Shown in pieces: positions 17,295 through 26,720 of a DNA stretch of 64,000 nucleotides (position 1 is the first letter of the stretch; every line of letters starts with the position of its first letter). Source of the DNA: a virus. Its lineage: Duplodnaviria > Heunggongvirae > Uroviricota > Caudoviricetes. The stretch lies in IMG/VR virus record IMGVR_UViG_3300027708_003081. One strand, written 5' to 3'. Both the position numbers and the translations under genes were made by a program. The notes beneath the pieces were generated by a model. That model made no database searches. It worked only from the letters and a program-made list of their open reading frames with translations, and was not told the DNA's origin.

Positions 17295-18413
17295 GTGAGA
17301 TTTATATTAGAAGAAGATGATGAAGACATAACCCTATATAAAGCGTTAAGATTATATACAAGGGGTAAAATTGATGAGGATGAACTTGATGGTGCCGATA
17401 AAGACATCTATAGAATCTCCCGTGCAAGTAATCCTGCACAATCAGAAATCACATTTGAATTTAGTGATGATGAAAAAATATTTGAATTATTGGGATTAGA
17501 TGAAGATGACGGATGGTTTGCGAGAAGGGTTATGGATTCATACTCAAATATTGATATTGAAGCTTATGATAGTATGTATGATGATTTTATTCAGGGGTAC
17601 GGCTCACTTTTTTATAACTTTAATAAAGAGAATTTGAAAAAACTACAAGAAATTTCACAAATGATTATTGGAAAAAAAATTGAATTAAGTATCGAATCGG
17701 ACAACTCTCTTTTGGCGAAAACATTAGATGAACTTTTTAGAAATGAAGCGAGTAATATGATTGATTATTTTCATACATATCTTAATGAAGAAATTAGAAT
17801 AACCGCCAAAGAGTCAATCAGTACAGAATTAAACGACTTTTTAAATAAAATTGGTTTTAAATTATACAGGAATTTTGATATGCTCATATCAACCCCCGCA
17901 AATCTTTTAATGTGGTATTTGAGACTTAATGAGAAAGATTTAGATTTTGAAGATTTATTTACCAAAATTTGTGAATTTACAATGAGTGATTCAAGAGGAA
18001 GAGAAAGACTTGGTGGATGGAATGAAAACCAATATGAGTTTAGAGACTCCGACAATTTTGATGATGTTGCATTTAATAGAGGAATTGAAACCCAACTTGA
18101 TAGAATAATTGAAAAACTTGAGGAAGATGAAGATACTCTTAGAGTTAGTCAGATTTATAAGCAAATATTTGAGATGGGGTATGATTTACAAAGGTGGGAA
18201 GAACTACCGAAAGATAATAAATATAAATTTAGAATTGAAAGCGTTGATAGAGACACATTAAAAATAAGAGTTAAGTTGTCTCAAACTCCTTATGATTGGA
18301 ATGATGAGGGAACACTTAGGAGCGTTGATATTGAAGGATTAAAATTACTATTAAATCACCCCGAATTATTCAAATTGCAAGAAAATATAATTAAAAAATT
18401 AAGAAAGTTTTAA
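17295..18413 (+). CDS. Acidic hypothetical protein
   Basis: 372 aa, GTG start, ILEE N-term and LQENIIKKL C-term. Confidence 0.75.
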   Translation: MRFILEEDDEDITLYKALRLYTRGKIDEDELDGADKDIYRISRASNPAQSEITFEFSDDEKIFELLGLDEDDGWFARRVMDSYSNIDIEAYDSMYDDFIQGYGSLFYNFNKENLKKLQEISQMIIGKKIELSIESDNSLLAKTLDELFRNEASNMIDYFHTYLNEEIRITAKESISTELNDFLNKIGFKLYRNFDMLISTPANLLMWYLRLNEKDLDFEDLFTKICEFTMSDSRGRERLGGWNENQYEFRDSDNFDDVAFNRGIETQLDRIIEKLEEDEDTLRVSQIYKQIFEMGYDLQRWEELPKDNKYKFRIESVDRDTLKIRVKLSQTPYDWNDEGTLRSVDIEGLKLLLNHPELFKLQENIIKKLRKF

Positions 18414-18456
18414 TTATTCACATTTTTTACCTATCTTTGTATCAAACAAATATTAA

Positions 18457-19296
18457 ATGATACAAAATTTAGAATTATTAAAAGAGGTTCTTTCAGTTCC
18501 CACCAAAACATATAAAGAAGAAAAGATGATTATCTATCTGTTAAATTGGTTAACGGAAAATAACATCAACCATTATATGGATGATTATGGTAATGTTTAT
18601 GCGACCAAGAAGGAACAAGAAGTTTCAGATGACTTTTATTTTCCTTGTGTAATTTCCCACACAGATACTGTTCACAATCTTGATACAATAAATGTTAGAG
18701 AAGAGATGTTAAAAAATGCTCAAGGTGAATTAAAACCATCTTTTAAGGCGTATAATGATAATAATGTTCCAACAGGAATTGGTGGTGATGATAAATGTGG
18801 TGTATTTGCCTGTCTAACACTTTTACAAGAATTACCATATGTGAAAGCAGCGTTTTTTGTTTCAGAAGAAACGGGATGTCACGGCTCACGAATGGCAGAC
18901 CCAACTTTTTTTGAAAATGTTGGATATGGTATTCAATTTGATGCACCTGAAAATTGGATGATTACTGAACAGTGTTTTGGAAATGTCCTTTTTGATAGAG
19001 ATTCTGACTTTTTTGAGAAATGTGATAAGGTATTAACCGAAGGAATGGATAATGATAGAATGAGATATATGGTTCATCCTTATACTGATGTTTATGCTTT
19101 ATCAGACAAATTTGATTTTGCTTGTATCAACTTCTCAATTGGATATTATGACTATCATACAAGAAATGAATATGTGGTGATTGAGGATGTTTATAACGGA
19201 ATTGAGATAGGTAAACAGATGATTGAATCTCTCGGATATGTTAAACACAAAAAACGACAGGACGAGAAGAAAAGAACTTACAGTTCAATATTTTAA
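18457..19296 (+). CDS. M28/M20/M42-clan zinc peptidase
   Basis: SHTDTVH, GGDDKCG, SEETG, QFD, YH; promoter TATCTTTG at 18432-18439. Confidence 0.85.
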   Translation: MIQNLELLKEVLSVPTKTYKEEKMIIYLLNWLTENNINHYMDDYGNVYATKKEQEVSDDFYFPCVISHTDTVHNLDTINVREEMLKNAQGELKPSFKAYNDNNVPTGIGGDDKCGVFACLTLLQELPYVKAAFFVSEETGCHGSRMADPTFFENVGYGIQFDAPENWMITEQCFGNVLFDRDSDFFEKCDKVLTEGMDNDRMRYMVHPYTDVYALSDKFDFACINFSIGYYDYHTRNEYVVIEDVYNGIEIGKQMIESLGYVKHKKRQDEKKRTYSSIF

Positions 19297-19314
19297 TTTA
19301 AATCCCCACTCTTA

Positions 19315-19731
19315 TTAGAAGGTGGGGTTTTTTATTTCTTTCAAAAGATTTAAAAGATTATCGTCACCATATTTTATTATTAATTTTTTAAAAAGCTTGT
19401 AAGATTTAGTATTTATTATCTTTTTTTTAGATAAATTATCAAATTTAGTCACCCATTCTAAATTTTCTAATCTATTGTCGGCAACATTCCAGTTAATATG
19501 ATTAACCTCCATATTTTTAATATCTTCAATTTCATTAAAACAGGATAATACTAATCTGTGTAACTCAAAATAATACATATTTTTTTTATATGTTATTGTT
19601 ATTCTCATATAACCTGTTTTTTTATGTAGTCTTGGTTTTAAAATTCTACCGGTTTTATTATTTTTAACTCTGCCCAAATTTGATACCGAATAGAGATTAT
19701 CTAATTTTTTTATTTCAATCCATTTTTCCAT
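19315..19731 (-). CDS. NUMOD4-HNH homing endonuclease
   Basis: YSVSNLGRVK (NUMOD4); LHRLV..VNHIN..DNRLENLEWVT. Confidence 0.9.
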   Translation of the reverse strand: MEKWIEIKKLDNLYSVSNLGRVKNNKTGRILKPRLHKKTGYMRITITYKKNMYYFELHRLVLSCFNEIEDIKNMEVNHINWNVADNRLENLEWVTKFDNLSKKKIINTKSYKLFKKLIIKYGDDNLLNLLKEIKNPTF

Positions 19732-19789
19732 ATTTATAAATATCTTAAAATATAAAAAAAGGGGAACATTTGTTCCCCTGATAAAAAAA

Positions 19790-21847
19790 TTAATCTACTT
19801 TCTTTTTTCTACTAACTCTTTTTGGTTTTTCCTCAACAACCAACTCTTCATTTATATTGACTTGTTCTTCTGAAACACTCAACATATAAGTTTTGTCCTC
19901 AAATACTTTACCAAGTAACACCTCCTCTGATAAGAAATCCTCAACTTTGTCTTGGATTGCTCTTTTGAGTGGTCTTGCACCAAATGCCTCATCATAACCA
20001 ACCTTGGTGAGATAATCAACAAGCGTATCGTCATATTTGATAACATATTTCATATCCAACAAACGAGTCATCAGTTTATCCAACTCAATTCGGGTGATTT
20101 TCTTAATGTCGTCAGGAGACAACGTGTTGAAGACAATCGTGTCATCAATCCTGTTGATAAATTCAGGTGCGAAAAACGCTTTCATTTCTTTCATCAACAT
20201 TTGTTTTTTGGCTTCTTCGTTGCTATAAGCATTTGAACTAAAACCAATACCTGTTCCGAAGTCCTGAAGTTTTTTAACCCCAAGGTTTGATGTAAGGATA
20301 ATCAAGGTGTTTTTGAAGTTGATTTTTCTACCCAAACTATCTGTTACGTGTCCATCATCAAGTATTTGAAGTAGAACCGTAAACACGTCCTTATGAGCTT
20401 TCTCAACTTCATCAAACAAGATTACCGAATATGGTTTATTTTTAACTTTTTCGGTTAAAAGTCCACCTTCTTCATATCCAACATAACCCGGAGGTGCTCC
20501 TACTAATTTAGATACAGTATGTTTCTCTTGGTATTCAGACATATCAACTCTGATAAGTGAATCCTCACTACCAAAAATCTCTTTTGCCAGTTGCTTTGCC
20601 AGATAGGTCTTACCAACACCTGTTGAACCAAGAAATACAAATGAACCAATTGGACGATTTGGGTCTTTGATACCTAATCTGTTTCTTTTGATAGATTTCG
20701 CAATCTTAATAACCGCATTATTCTGTCCAATAACCTTATCAATTAAGGATTTATCAAGATTTATAAGTGCCTTGTTATCGTCAACATTCATTTTACTCAC
20801 AGGAATATTAGTCATAGTCGATACAACAGAATAGACATCTTCAACAGATATTTTTTGTTTATCTTTTTGCATTTGTTCTTCAAACTTCTTTTTTTCGGCG
20901 TCTAACTTGGTTATAAGTTTTTTCTCTTTGTCTCTTAACTCTGCAGCTTTCTCGTATTGTTGTCTTTTAACAACGTCAACTTTTAATTGTTTCAATTCCG
21001 CAGCTTGTTTTTTCAATACCTCAATTTCTTCAGGAACTTTTAGTTCGGTTTGCATTCTCGCCCCAACTTCATCCAAAATATCAAATGCTTTATCAGGAAA
21101 ACCTCTATCCGTGATATATCTATCGGCAAGTTTAACACAAGCTTCAATTACTTCATCACTATAATTCACCTTGTGATAGGTTTCATATTTTTCTCTTATG
21201 TTTTTGAGAATCTCAATTGTTTCCTTAACTGATGAAGGTTCAACAATTATTTTTTGGAATCTGCGCTCTAATGCACCATCTTTTTCAATATTCTTTCTGA
21301 ACTCATTTAATGTGGTTGCACCGATGCATTGGAGCTCACCACGAGCAAGAGCAGGTTTAAAGATGTTGGAGCCGTCCATAGAACCTGAAGAGTTTCCAGA
21401 ACCAACCAAAGTATGAATCTCGTCAATAAAGACAATAATGTTTGGATTGTTGTGGAGTTCTTCCATAATAACTTTCAATCTTTCCTCAAATTGTCCTCTG
21501 TATTTTGTACCAGCAACAACGGAAGTCAAATCAAGTTCAACAATTCTTTTATCAACCAAATTTCTCGGGCAATCACCATTATAGATTTTAATTGCCAATC
21601 CCTCAACAATTGCAGTCTTACCACAACCTGGGTCACCAATAATAATCGGGTTATTTTTCTTTCTGCGAGATAAAATCTGTGCGATACGTAGGATTTCTTT
21701 TTCTCTACCAATAACAGGGTCTAATTTACCTTGTTCGGCAAGTTTAATTAAATCTCTACTGAAATTATCTAACACAGGTGTATCACTTTCTGATGAGGTT
21801 TTTTTCTTACTCATCATTTTTTCGTCATCATCCATTAGTTCATTCAT
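19790..21847 (-). CDS. clpC: ClpC-type AAA+ unfoldase lacking the N-terminal domain
   Basis: Walker A GDPGCGKT and GSTGVGKT; GTKYRG and PPGYVGY pore loops; UVR-like middle domain (YEKAAELRD); GIGF ClpP-docking loop. Confidence 0.9.
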   Translation of the reverse strand: MNELMDDDEKMMSKKKTSSESDTPVLDNFSRDLIKLAEQGKLDPVIGREKEILRIAQILSRRKKNNPIIIGDPGCGKTAIVEGLAIKIYNGDCPRNLVDKRIVELDLTSVVAGTKYRGQFEERLKVIMEELHNNPNIIVFIDEIHTLVGSGNSSGSMDGSNIFKPALARGELQCIGATTLNEFRKNIEKDGALERRFQKIIVEPSSVKETIEILKNIREKYETYHKVNYSDEVIEACVKLADRYITDRGFPDKAFDILDEVGARMQTELKVPEEIEVLKKQAAELKQLKVDVVKRQQYEKAAELRDKEKKLITKLDAEKKKFEEQMQKDKQKISVEDVYSVVSTMTNIPVSKMNVDDNKALINLDKSLIDKVIGQNNAVIKIAKSIKRNRLGIKDPNRPIGSFVFLGSTGVGKTYLAKQLAKEIFGSEDSLIRVDMSEYQEKHTVSKLVGAPPGYVGYEEGGLLTEKVKNKPYSVILFDEVEKAHKDVFTVLLQILDDGHVTDSLGRKINFKNTLIILTSNLGVKKLQDFGTGIGFSSNAYSNEEAKKQMLMKEMKAFFAPEFINRIDDTIVFNTLSPDDIKKITRIELDKLMTRLLDMKYVIKYDDTLVDYLTKVGYDEAFGARPLKRAIQDKVEDFLSEEVLLGKVFEDKTYMLSVSEEQVNINEELVVEEKPKRVSRKKKVD

Positions 21848-21899
21848 AATTTATAATTTTTACAAAGGTTCATCAAATTTTGGACATTACCAAACTTTT

Positions 21900-21970
21900 T
21901 GTCAAATTGTCCTGAAAATTTTCTATGTATGTCATTTTGTCATAATATGTTCTGTTGGCACATAACTTGA
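21900..21970 (+). promoter_or_regulatory. Sigma54-like promoter (TGGCAC-N5-TTGA) with upstream TGTCA-N3-TGTC repeats
   Basis: TGGCAC 21956-21961, TTGA 21967-21970; TGTCAAATTGTC at 21900 and TGTCATTTTGTCA at 21930. Confidence 0.55.
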
Positions 21971-22017
21971 CTAATCAAAGATAATTAAATAAATTTAAAA
22001 AACAAAACAAAAAAATT

Positions 22018-22404
22018 ATGATTTACTTGAATTCACATTTCGACAAATTTTTTGATGGGTTTTTCGCACAACCTACTTATAGTAATATGGTTGTTAAAAA
22101 TTCAGATAAAGAACCTTATGAGGTAAACTACACCAAAGACGGAGCTTACTTATTCTTTGATGTTCCTGGCTTTAATAAGTCAAATTTAAAAGTAGAAATG
22201 GAAGGGGGAGTTCTTTACCTTGATGGTAAAAGAACATATAAATTAAATGGTGAAGACACAGAAAAAGTTATTTCACAAAAATTTAGAATCGGACAAGAAT
22301 ATAACCCCGACAACATCGAAGCAACAATTGAAGATGGTATACTTACCGTATTTGTTGCAAACTACAAGAAAACGGAAAAGAAAAAAAGAATAAGTTTGTT
22401 GTAA
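22018..22404 (+). CDS. Small heat-shock protein (Hsp20/alpha-crystallin)
   Basis: DVPGF.K..LKV, IEATIEDGILTV; C-terminal IxL. Confidence 0.85.
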   Translation: MIYLNSHFDKFFDGFFAQPTYSNMVVKNSDKEPYEVNYTKDGAYLFFDVPGFNKSNLKVEMEGGVLYLDGKRTYKLNGEDTEKVISQKFRIGQEYNPDNIEATIEDGILTVFVANYKKTEKKKRISLL

Positions 22405-22464
22405 TCATTAACCCCCTTAAATGGGGGTTTTTAATTTTATGGGGTATTTATTATAAAAAATGTT

Positions 22465-22968
22465 ATGGCAAGGATAATAAGAATAACAGAAAATGATTTA
22501 GTAAAAATTGTTAAAAGAGTAATAAAAGAACAACCTGGTCTTTTTGATGTTGCTTCAGACCCAGCTTTAGCGGGTGTTATCTTTACTCCAGGAATAGAGA
22601 AAGGAGGATGTAAAAAAGAAAATCCTGCAAAAAATAAATTAAGTCAACTTCTTACTTATTGCGGTAAAATTCAACCTGATTCAAATACTACTAAAATAAA
22701 GGCGTGGAATGACAGATTATACAAGTCTATGAAAGGGAGAGGAACAAATGAAGATTTTATTAAAGTATTAGATGAAATTAAAACGGTTAATGAATTATCA
22801 GCAATTTGGAAAACATTTAAATATGATAATCAAAATCTTTGGCGATGGATGGAAGGTGAGATGAAGTATAATTGGGATGACACTTGGAATCGATTAAAAA
22901 AATTCCAAACAATTGCTAAAATACCAACTTGTTTAGAATATAATAAAAATACGACAACAAACTCATAA
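22465..22968 (+). CDS. Annexin-repeat-like protein with ITE leader
   Basis: MARIIRITENDLVKIVKRVIKEQ; LYKSMKGRGTNED..VL..ELSAI..F..L..E matches annexin repeat pattern. Confidence 0.6.
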   Translation: MARIIRITENDLVKIVKRVIKEQPGLFDVASDPALAGVIFTPGIEKGGCKKENPAKNKLSQLLTYCGKIQPDSNTTKIKAWNDRLYKSMKGRGTNEDFIKVLDEIKTVNELSAIWKTFKYDNQNLWRWMEGEMKYNWDDTWNRLKKFQTIAKIPTCLEYNKNTTTNS

Positions 22969-22977
22969 TATAGTAAG

Positions 22978-23313
22978 ATGAAACTAAAACCATTTGAGAA
23001 ATTTTTAAAGTATAGTGATTTTGATAAAAAATTCCTCTCAATTTACAAAGAGTTAAGGGAATTATTTCAAAGATACGAATGGAGTGAAAAAGATTTGGAG
23101 AAACCTCCATTTTATACAGAAGAATTGATGAGGTTGCATCACACTATGCAAAATGAAAAATTGACTTTATTTAACGACTTAAAATCTTATTTTGATATTA
23201 CTTGGGAAGAATTTGAAGAATATATGATTCCAAAGTTAAAACAAATAAACGAATTAACACCTTTAAAAGATGGCAGTAAAAAGAGAGATGATAGATGGGA
23301 CGAAGATTATTAA
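22978..23313 (+). CDS. Hypothetical protein
   Basis: 111-aa ORF. Confidence 0.65.
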   Translation: MKLKPFEKFLKYSDFDKKFLSIYKELRELFQRYEWSEKDLEKPPFYTEELMRLHHTMQNEKLTLFNDLKSYFDITWEEFEEYMIPKLKQINELTPLKDGSKKRDDRWDEDY

Positions 23314-23512
23314 TGAAATTGAGTCCTCAAACATTAAAAAAACAACATTTGATACAGAGACAAAATCACTTATTACAGAATTTAATAACGGGTTAGTTTA
23401 TGAGTATGAAAATGTCCCCCACCAAATCTACACAAAATTTAGAACCGCAGAATCTCAAGGAAAATTTTTTATGGCTGAAATAGCAAAAAAATACAAATAT
23501 AAAAAACTCTAA
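23270..23512 (+). CDS. KTSC domain protein
   Basis: SSNI..FD..L.TEFNNG.VYEYENVP..Y..F..AESQGKFF. Confidence 0.85.
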   Translation: MAVKREMIDGTKIINEIESSNIKKTTFDTETKSLITEFNNGLVYEYENVPHQIYTKFRTAESQGKFFMAEIAKKYKYKKL

Positions 23513-23533
23513 TTATCCAACTATTTATTATTA

Positions 23534-24274
23534 ATGAAAGATTTTCAAAAAATATTGAATAGTTTTGAAGTTAGGGATACTCTAAATCCCAAAGTTTGGG
23601 AAAATTCCGCAGAACCAAAAAAAGCAAAACTTAAAAATAATATTAGAACAAAATTATTAAAAATTGCTGATGAATTTTCTGATGAATTGGGTGAAGATGT
23701 ATTCATAGTAGATATTCATTTAATGGGTTCATTAGCCAATTTTAATTGGTCGGAATATTCAGATTTTGACTTACACCTTTTAGTTGATTTTGAAGGTTTA
23801 GATAATCCTGAGCTTTATAAAGAAATGTTTGATTTGAAAAAAGATGCATTTAATGATAAACATGATATAAAAATTTATGGTTTTGATGTTGAGGTTTACG
23901 CCCAAGATGCAAAAGATGAAAAATTTAGTGAAGGTATATATTCTGTAATGTATGATGAGTGGGTTAATGTTCCGCCAAAAAAACATAAGAATATTGATAT
24001 GGAATTATTAAAAACCAAAATTAAAACTTGGACATCAAAGATAGATAAGGCTCTTGAAGAAGCCAAAGAGGGAAATGATGGGAAAAAATTAAAAGACTTA
24101 AAAGAAAAGATTAAAGAATATAGACAATCAGGTTTAGAAAAAGAAGGGGAACTTTCTTATGAAAATTTGGTTTTTAAGTATTTGAGACGTTCAGGGTATA
24201 TCGGTAGGTTATTTGAACTTAAAACAAAACTTAAAGATAAAGAATTATCTATTGAAAGAAAAACGATAGAATAA
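23534..24274 (+). CDS. Pol-beta superfamily nucleotidyltransferase
   Basis: GSLANFNWSEYSDFDLH (GS..DxD) and third acidic residue in DVEVY. Confidence 0.8.
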   Translation: MKDFQKILNSFEVRDTLNPKVWENSAEPKKAKLKNNIRTKLLKIADEFSDELGEDVFIVDIHLMGSLANFNWSEYSDFDLHLLVDFEGLDNPELYKEMFDLKKDAFNDKHDIKIYGFDVEVYAQDAKDEKFSEGIYSVMYDEWVNVPPKKHKNIDMELLKTKIKTWTSKIDKALEEAKEGNDGKKLKDLKEKIKEYRQSGLEKEGELSYENLVFKYLRRSGYIGRLFELKTKLKDKELSIERKTIE

Positions 24275-24335
24275 AATATTTACTATTTATTGTATATTTA
24301 TAAAGAAAAATTAAAATAATTTAAAAACTCAAAAT

Positions 24336-25565
24336 ATGGGAGACTTAAAACCGCTCGGAAGTGAAAAATTGGAAGGGCAAGAAAAAATCAAGAGAATAAT
24401 TGAACTCTCAAGATATAATGAAAATAGACCATCCAACATCAACGAAACATCTAGGTCAGAATATGGGATTAGTTTAGCAGATGGAAATAACTATGAAATT
24501 GTAAAAGAAAAACAGGGTTATATCATCAAAAAAACAATTTCTGAATCTGCGACTGATTATATTGAACCTATGAAAAACAGAAAGTATTATTCTTCGTATT
24601 CTCAGGCTCTAAAAAGATTAAATCTTTTAACAAAAGAAGTTAATAGATTGACTGAGAATGAAGAAGGTACTTCTTTATTTGGAGAACAAAAAAAGTTTGT
24701 TTTAAAAACTCCAAAATCTGCTCCGGCAGGAGATGAACCTATTGCGGAACTTCCTCCACCATCAGAACCACCAGCAGTACCAACACCTGAATTACCAGCT
24801 TCACCTGATGCAACACCTCCTTCACCTGAAGGGGCTGAAATACCAACAGGAGATATGGAAGGAGGAGATATGCCTGATATGGGTGATATGGGAGGCGATG
24901 AAGGAATGCCTGATATGGGTGAAAAAGAAGAAGAAGTTACATTCAAATCAATTCAAAAACTTACAGGTAAATTAACCCAGAAAATGAGAGAATTTGATAA
25001 TGAAAAAGGATTAACATCTGAGAATATTAAGTACGTTATTAATATGGTTTTATCTGCCGCTGATTTGAAAAATTTATCAGAAGAAGATAAGGAAGATATT
25101 ATTTCAAAATTTGACGAAGAAGAAGGGATGGAAGATATGGGCGGAGAAGAAGAAATACCTGATATTCCTGATATGGGCGGAGAAGATACGGGAGGTGAAA
25201 TGCCTGATATGGGTACAGAACCTGAAGGAGAGATGGGTGAAATGTATCATTCAATAATTGATAGCATTTTTGGTGAGTCAAAAATTGATAAAGTTATTTC
25301 AAAATATTTCCAAGTTTCAGATAAAGAACAAAGAATGATTAAAGAAAGTCAACAAAAAAGAAAATTAGTTACTAAATCTGATGCAAAAAGAAAAATGAAA
25401 GACGTTATCAAATTAAGTGAAACTATTGAACAAGAACTTGCATCACAAAAATTTTTAGAAGAAAATCGTACCTTTGTTTTTGTTGGTAAAACAAATAAGA
25501 AAAATTTGGTTTTTGAAAATAAAGATAAACAAATTAAAATTTCACCTGAAGGACTTGTTCTATGA
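24336..25565 (+). CDS. Head-region hypothetical protein with Pro/acidic linkers
   Basis: 409 aa; PDMG repeats; several I/L-x-E sites. Confidence 0.75.
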   Translation: MGDLKPLGSEKLEGQEKIKRIIELSRYNENRPSNINETSRSEYGISLADGNNYEIVKEKQGYIIKKTISESATDYIEPMKNRKYYSSYSQALKRLNLLTKEVNRLTENEEGTSLFGEQKKFVLKTPKSAPAGDEPIAELPPPSEPPAVPTPELPASPDATPPSPEGAEIPTGDMEGGDMPDMGDMGGDEGMPDMGEKEEEVTFKSIQKLTGKLTQKMREFDNEKGLTSENIKYVINMVLSAADLKNLSEEDKEDIISKFDEEEGMEDMGGEEEIPDIPDMGGEDTGGEMPDMGTEPEGEMGEMYHSIIDSIFGESKIDKVISKYFQVSDKEQRMIKESQQKRKLVTKSDAKRKMKDVIKLSETIEQELASQKFLEENRTFVFVGKTNKKNLVFENKDKQIKISPEGLVL

Positions 25566-25957
25566 GTTATCTAATTTATGTTAATGGTTTGGGACCAAAC
25601 TTTAAAGGTGATAACATTTATGAATTTATTTTTTCGGATGAACAAGAAGTTTGGGGAGATGGATGGGATAGTAAACCTTGTAATGGTTACCCTTTACCAC
25701 CTGAACTAAAATATATTACAAAAGTAGGAGTTTTGAGGGACACTAACATAAAGTTGGAGTTAATTCAAAACTCCGATTATTTTTCGATGATTGATGCTGT
25801 TGATGGGGTTGTCGCTTTAGCGTGGGAAGAGGATGATACGGTTAAACAACCGAGAATGGTTTTTAGGTTTAATGATACAGAACAAAAAATAAAAGATTTA
25901 TTATACGAAAAGGATTTAATCCTTGAGTTTGAAAAAAAAGTTGTATATGAAAAATAA
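25562..25957 (+). CDS. Hypothetical protein
   Basis: 131 aa; ATGA overlap with upstream gene. Confidence 0.75.
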   Translation: MSYLIYVNGLGPNFKGDNIYEFIFSDEQEVWGDGWDSKPCNGYPLPPELKYITKVGVLRDTNIKLELIQNSDYFSMIDAVDGVVALAWEEDDTVKQPRMVFRFNDTEQKIKDLLYEKDLILEFEKKVVYEK

Positions 25958-26720
25958 TATAAAGGCACTTCAACTGATAAAATCAGGATTATCATCCAAG
26001 ACTGTTTCAAAGTTAACAGAATCTCAAATTGATGAGTTACATAGTAAAATGATTGGTGAACAAATTACCACATTACCATCTCAACCGTCTTATAAAGTTG
26101 GAGATAAAGGGGGGACACTACCTGCTAGTGATAAAGGTTACGCAATTAAAAAAAATCCTTTAGATAACTCCATAACCGCAACAAAAATGGAAGGAGAAAT
26201 GGAGGAGGGTAAAAATAAAGTTAAAAAATCTGAACCTAATCCTTGGGCAATATGTCACTCTCAAGTTGGACCTAAAAAAACAAGAAAATTTGAAAGATGC
26301 GTTCAAGCAGTAAAAAAAAGTTTGAAAGAAGGAAAAAATCCTGTATCTTTGTTTTTAGAAAACGAAATTATGAGAATAGTAGAAAAACATATACCACCAA
26401 GAATCAGTAAAGGTGATTTATTACAATATCTTTCAGAAGATACAACAACCGCACCTACAAAACCGGTGACAAAACCTACAACTAGACCAAGACCAATAAG
26501 TCCCGGTCAAAATCCAAATCCTGGTGAGAAAGAAGCTCCAAGGGCGAATACAACAACTGCACCAACAAAACCAATAACAAAACCTACAACTAGACCAAGA
26601 CCAATAAGTCCCGGTCAAAATCCAAATCCTGGTGAGAAAGAAGCTCCAAGAGCAATTTCACCTGAAAGAGCAAAAACTGAAGTAATTAACGCAATAATGA
26701 AAATTTTAGACAATGAATAA
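25947..26720 (+). CDS. Hypothetical protein with Cys motif and duplicated Pro/Thr-rich repeat
   Basis: NPWAICHS..KFERCV; 2 x 36-aa repeat; ATG at 25947. Confidence 0.75.
   Translation: MKNNIKALQLIKSGLSSKTVSKLTESQIDELHSKMIGEQITTLPSQPSYKVGDKGGTLPASDKGYAIKKNPLDNSITATKMEGEMEEGKNKVKKSEPNPWAICHSQVGPKKTRKFERCVQAVKKSLKEGKNPVSLFLENEIMRIVEKHIPPRISKGDLLQYLSEDTTTAPTKPVTKPTTRPRPISPGQNPNPGEKEAPRANTTTAPTKPITKPTTRPRPISPGQNPNPGEKEAPRAISPERAKTEVINAIMKILDNE
26440..26655 (+). repeat. Two tandem 108-bp repeats
   Basis: Copies start at 26440 and 26548; encode TTTAPTKP(V/I)TKPTTRPRPISPGQNPNPGEKEAPRA. Confidence 0.95.
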
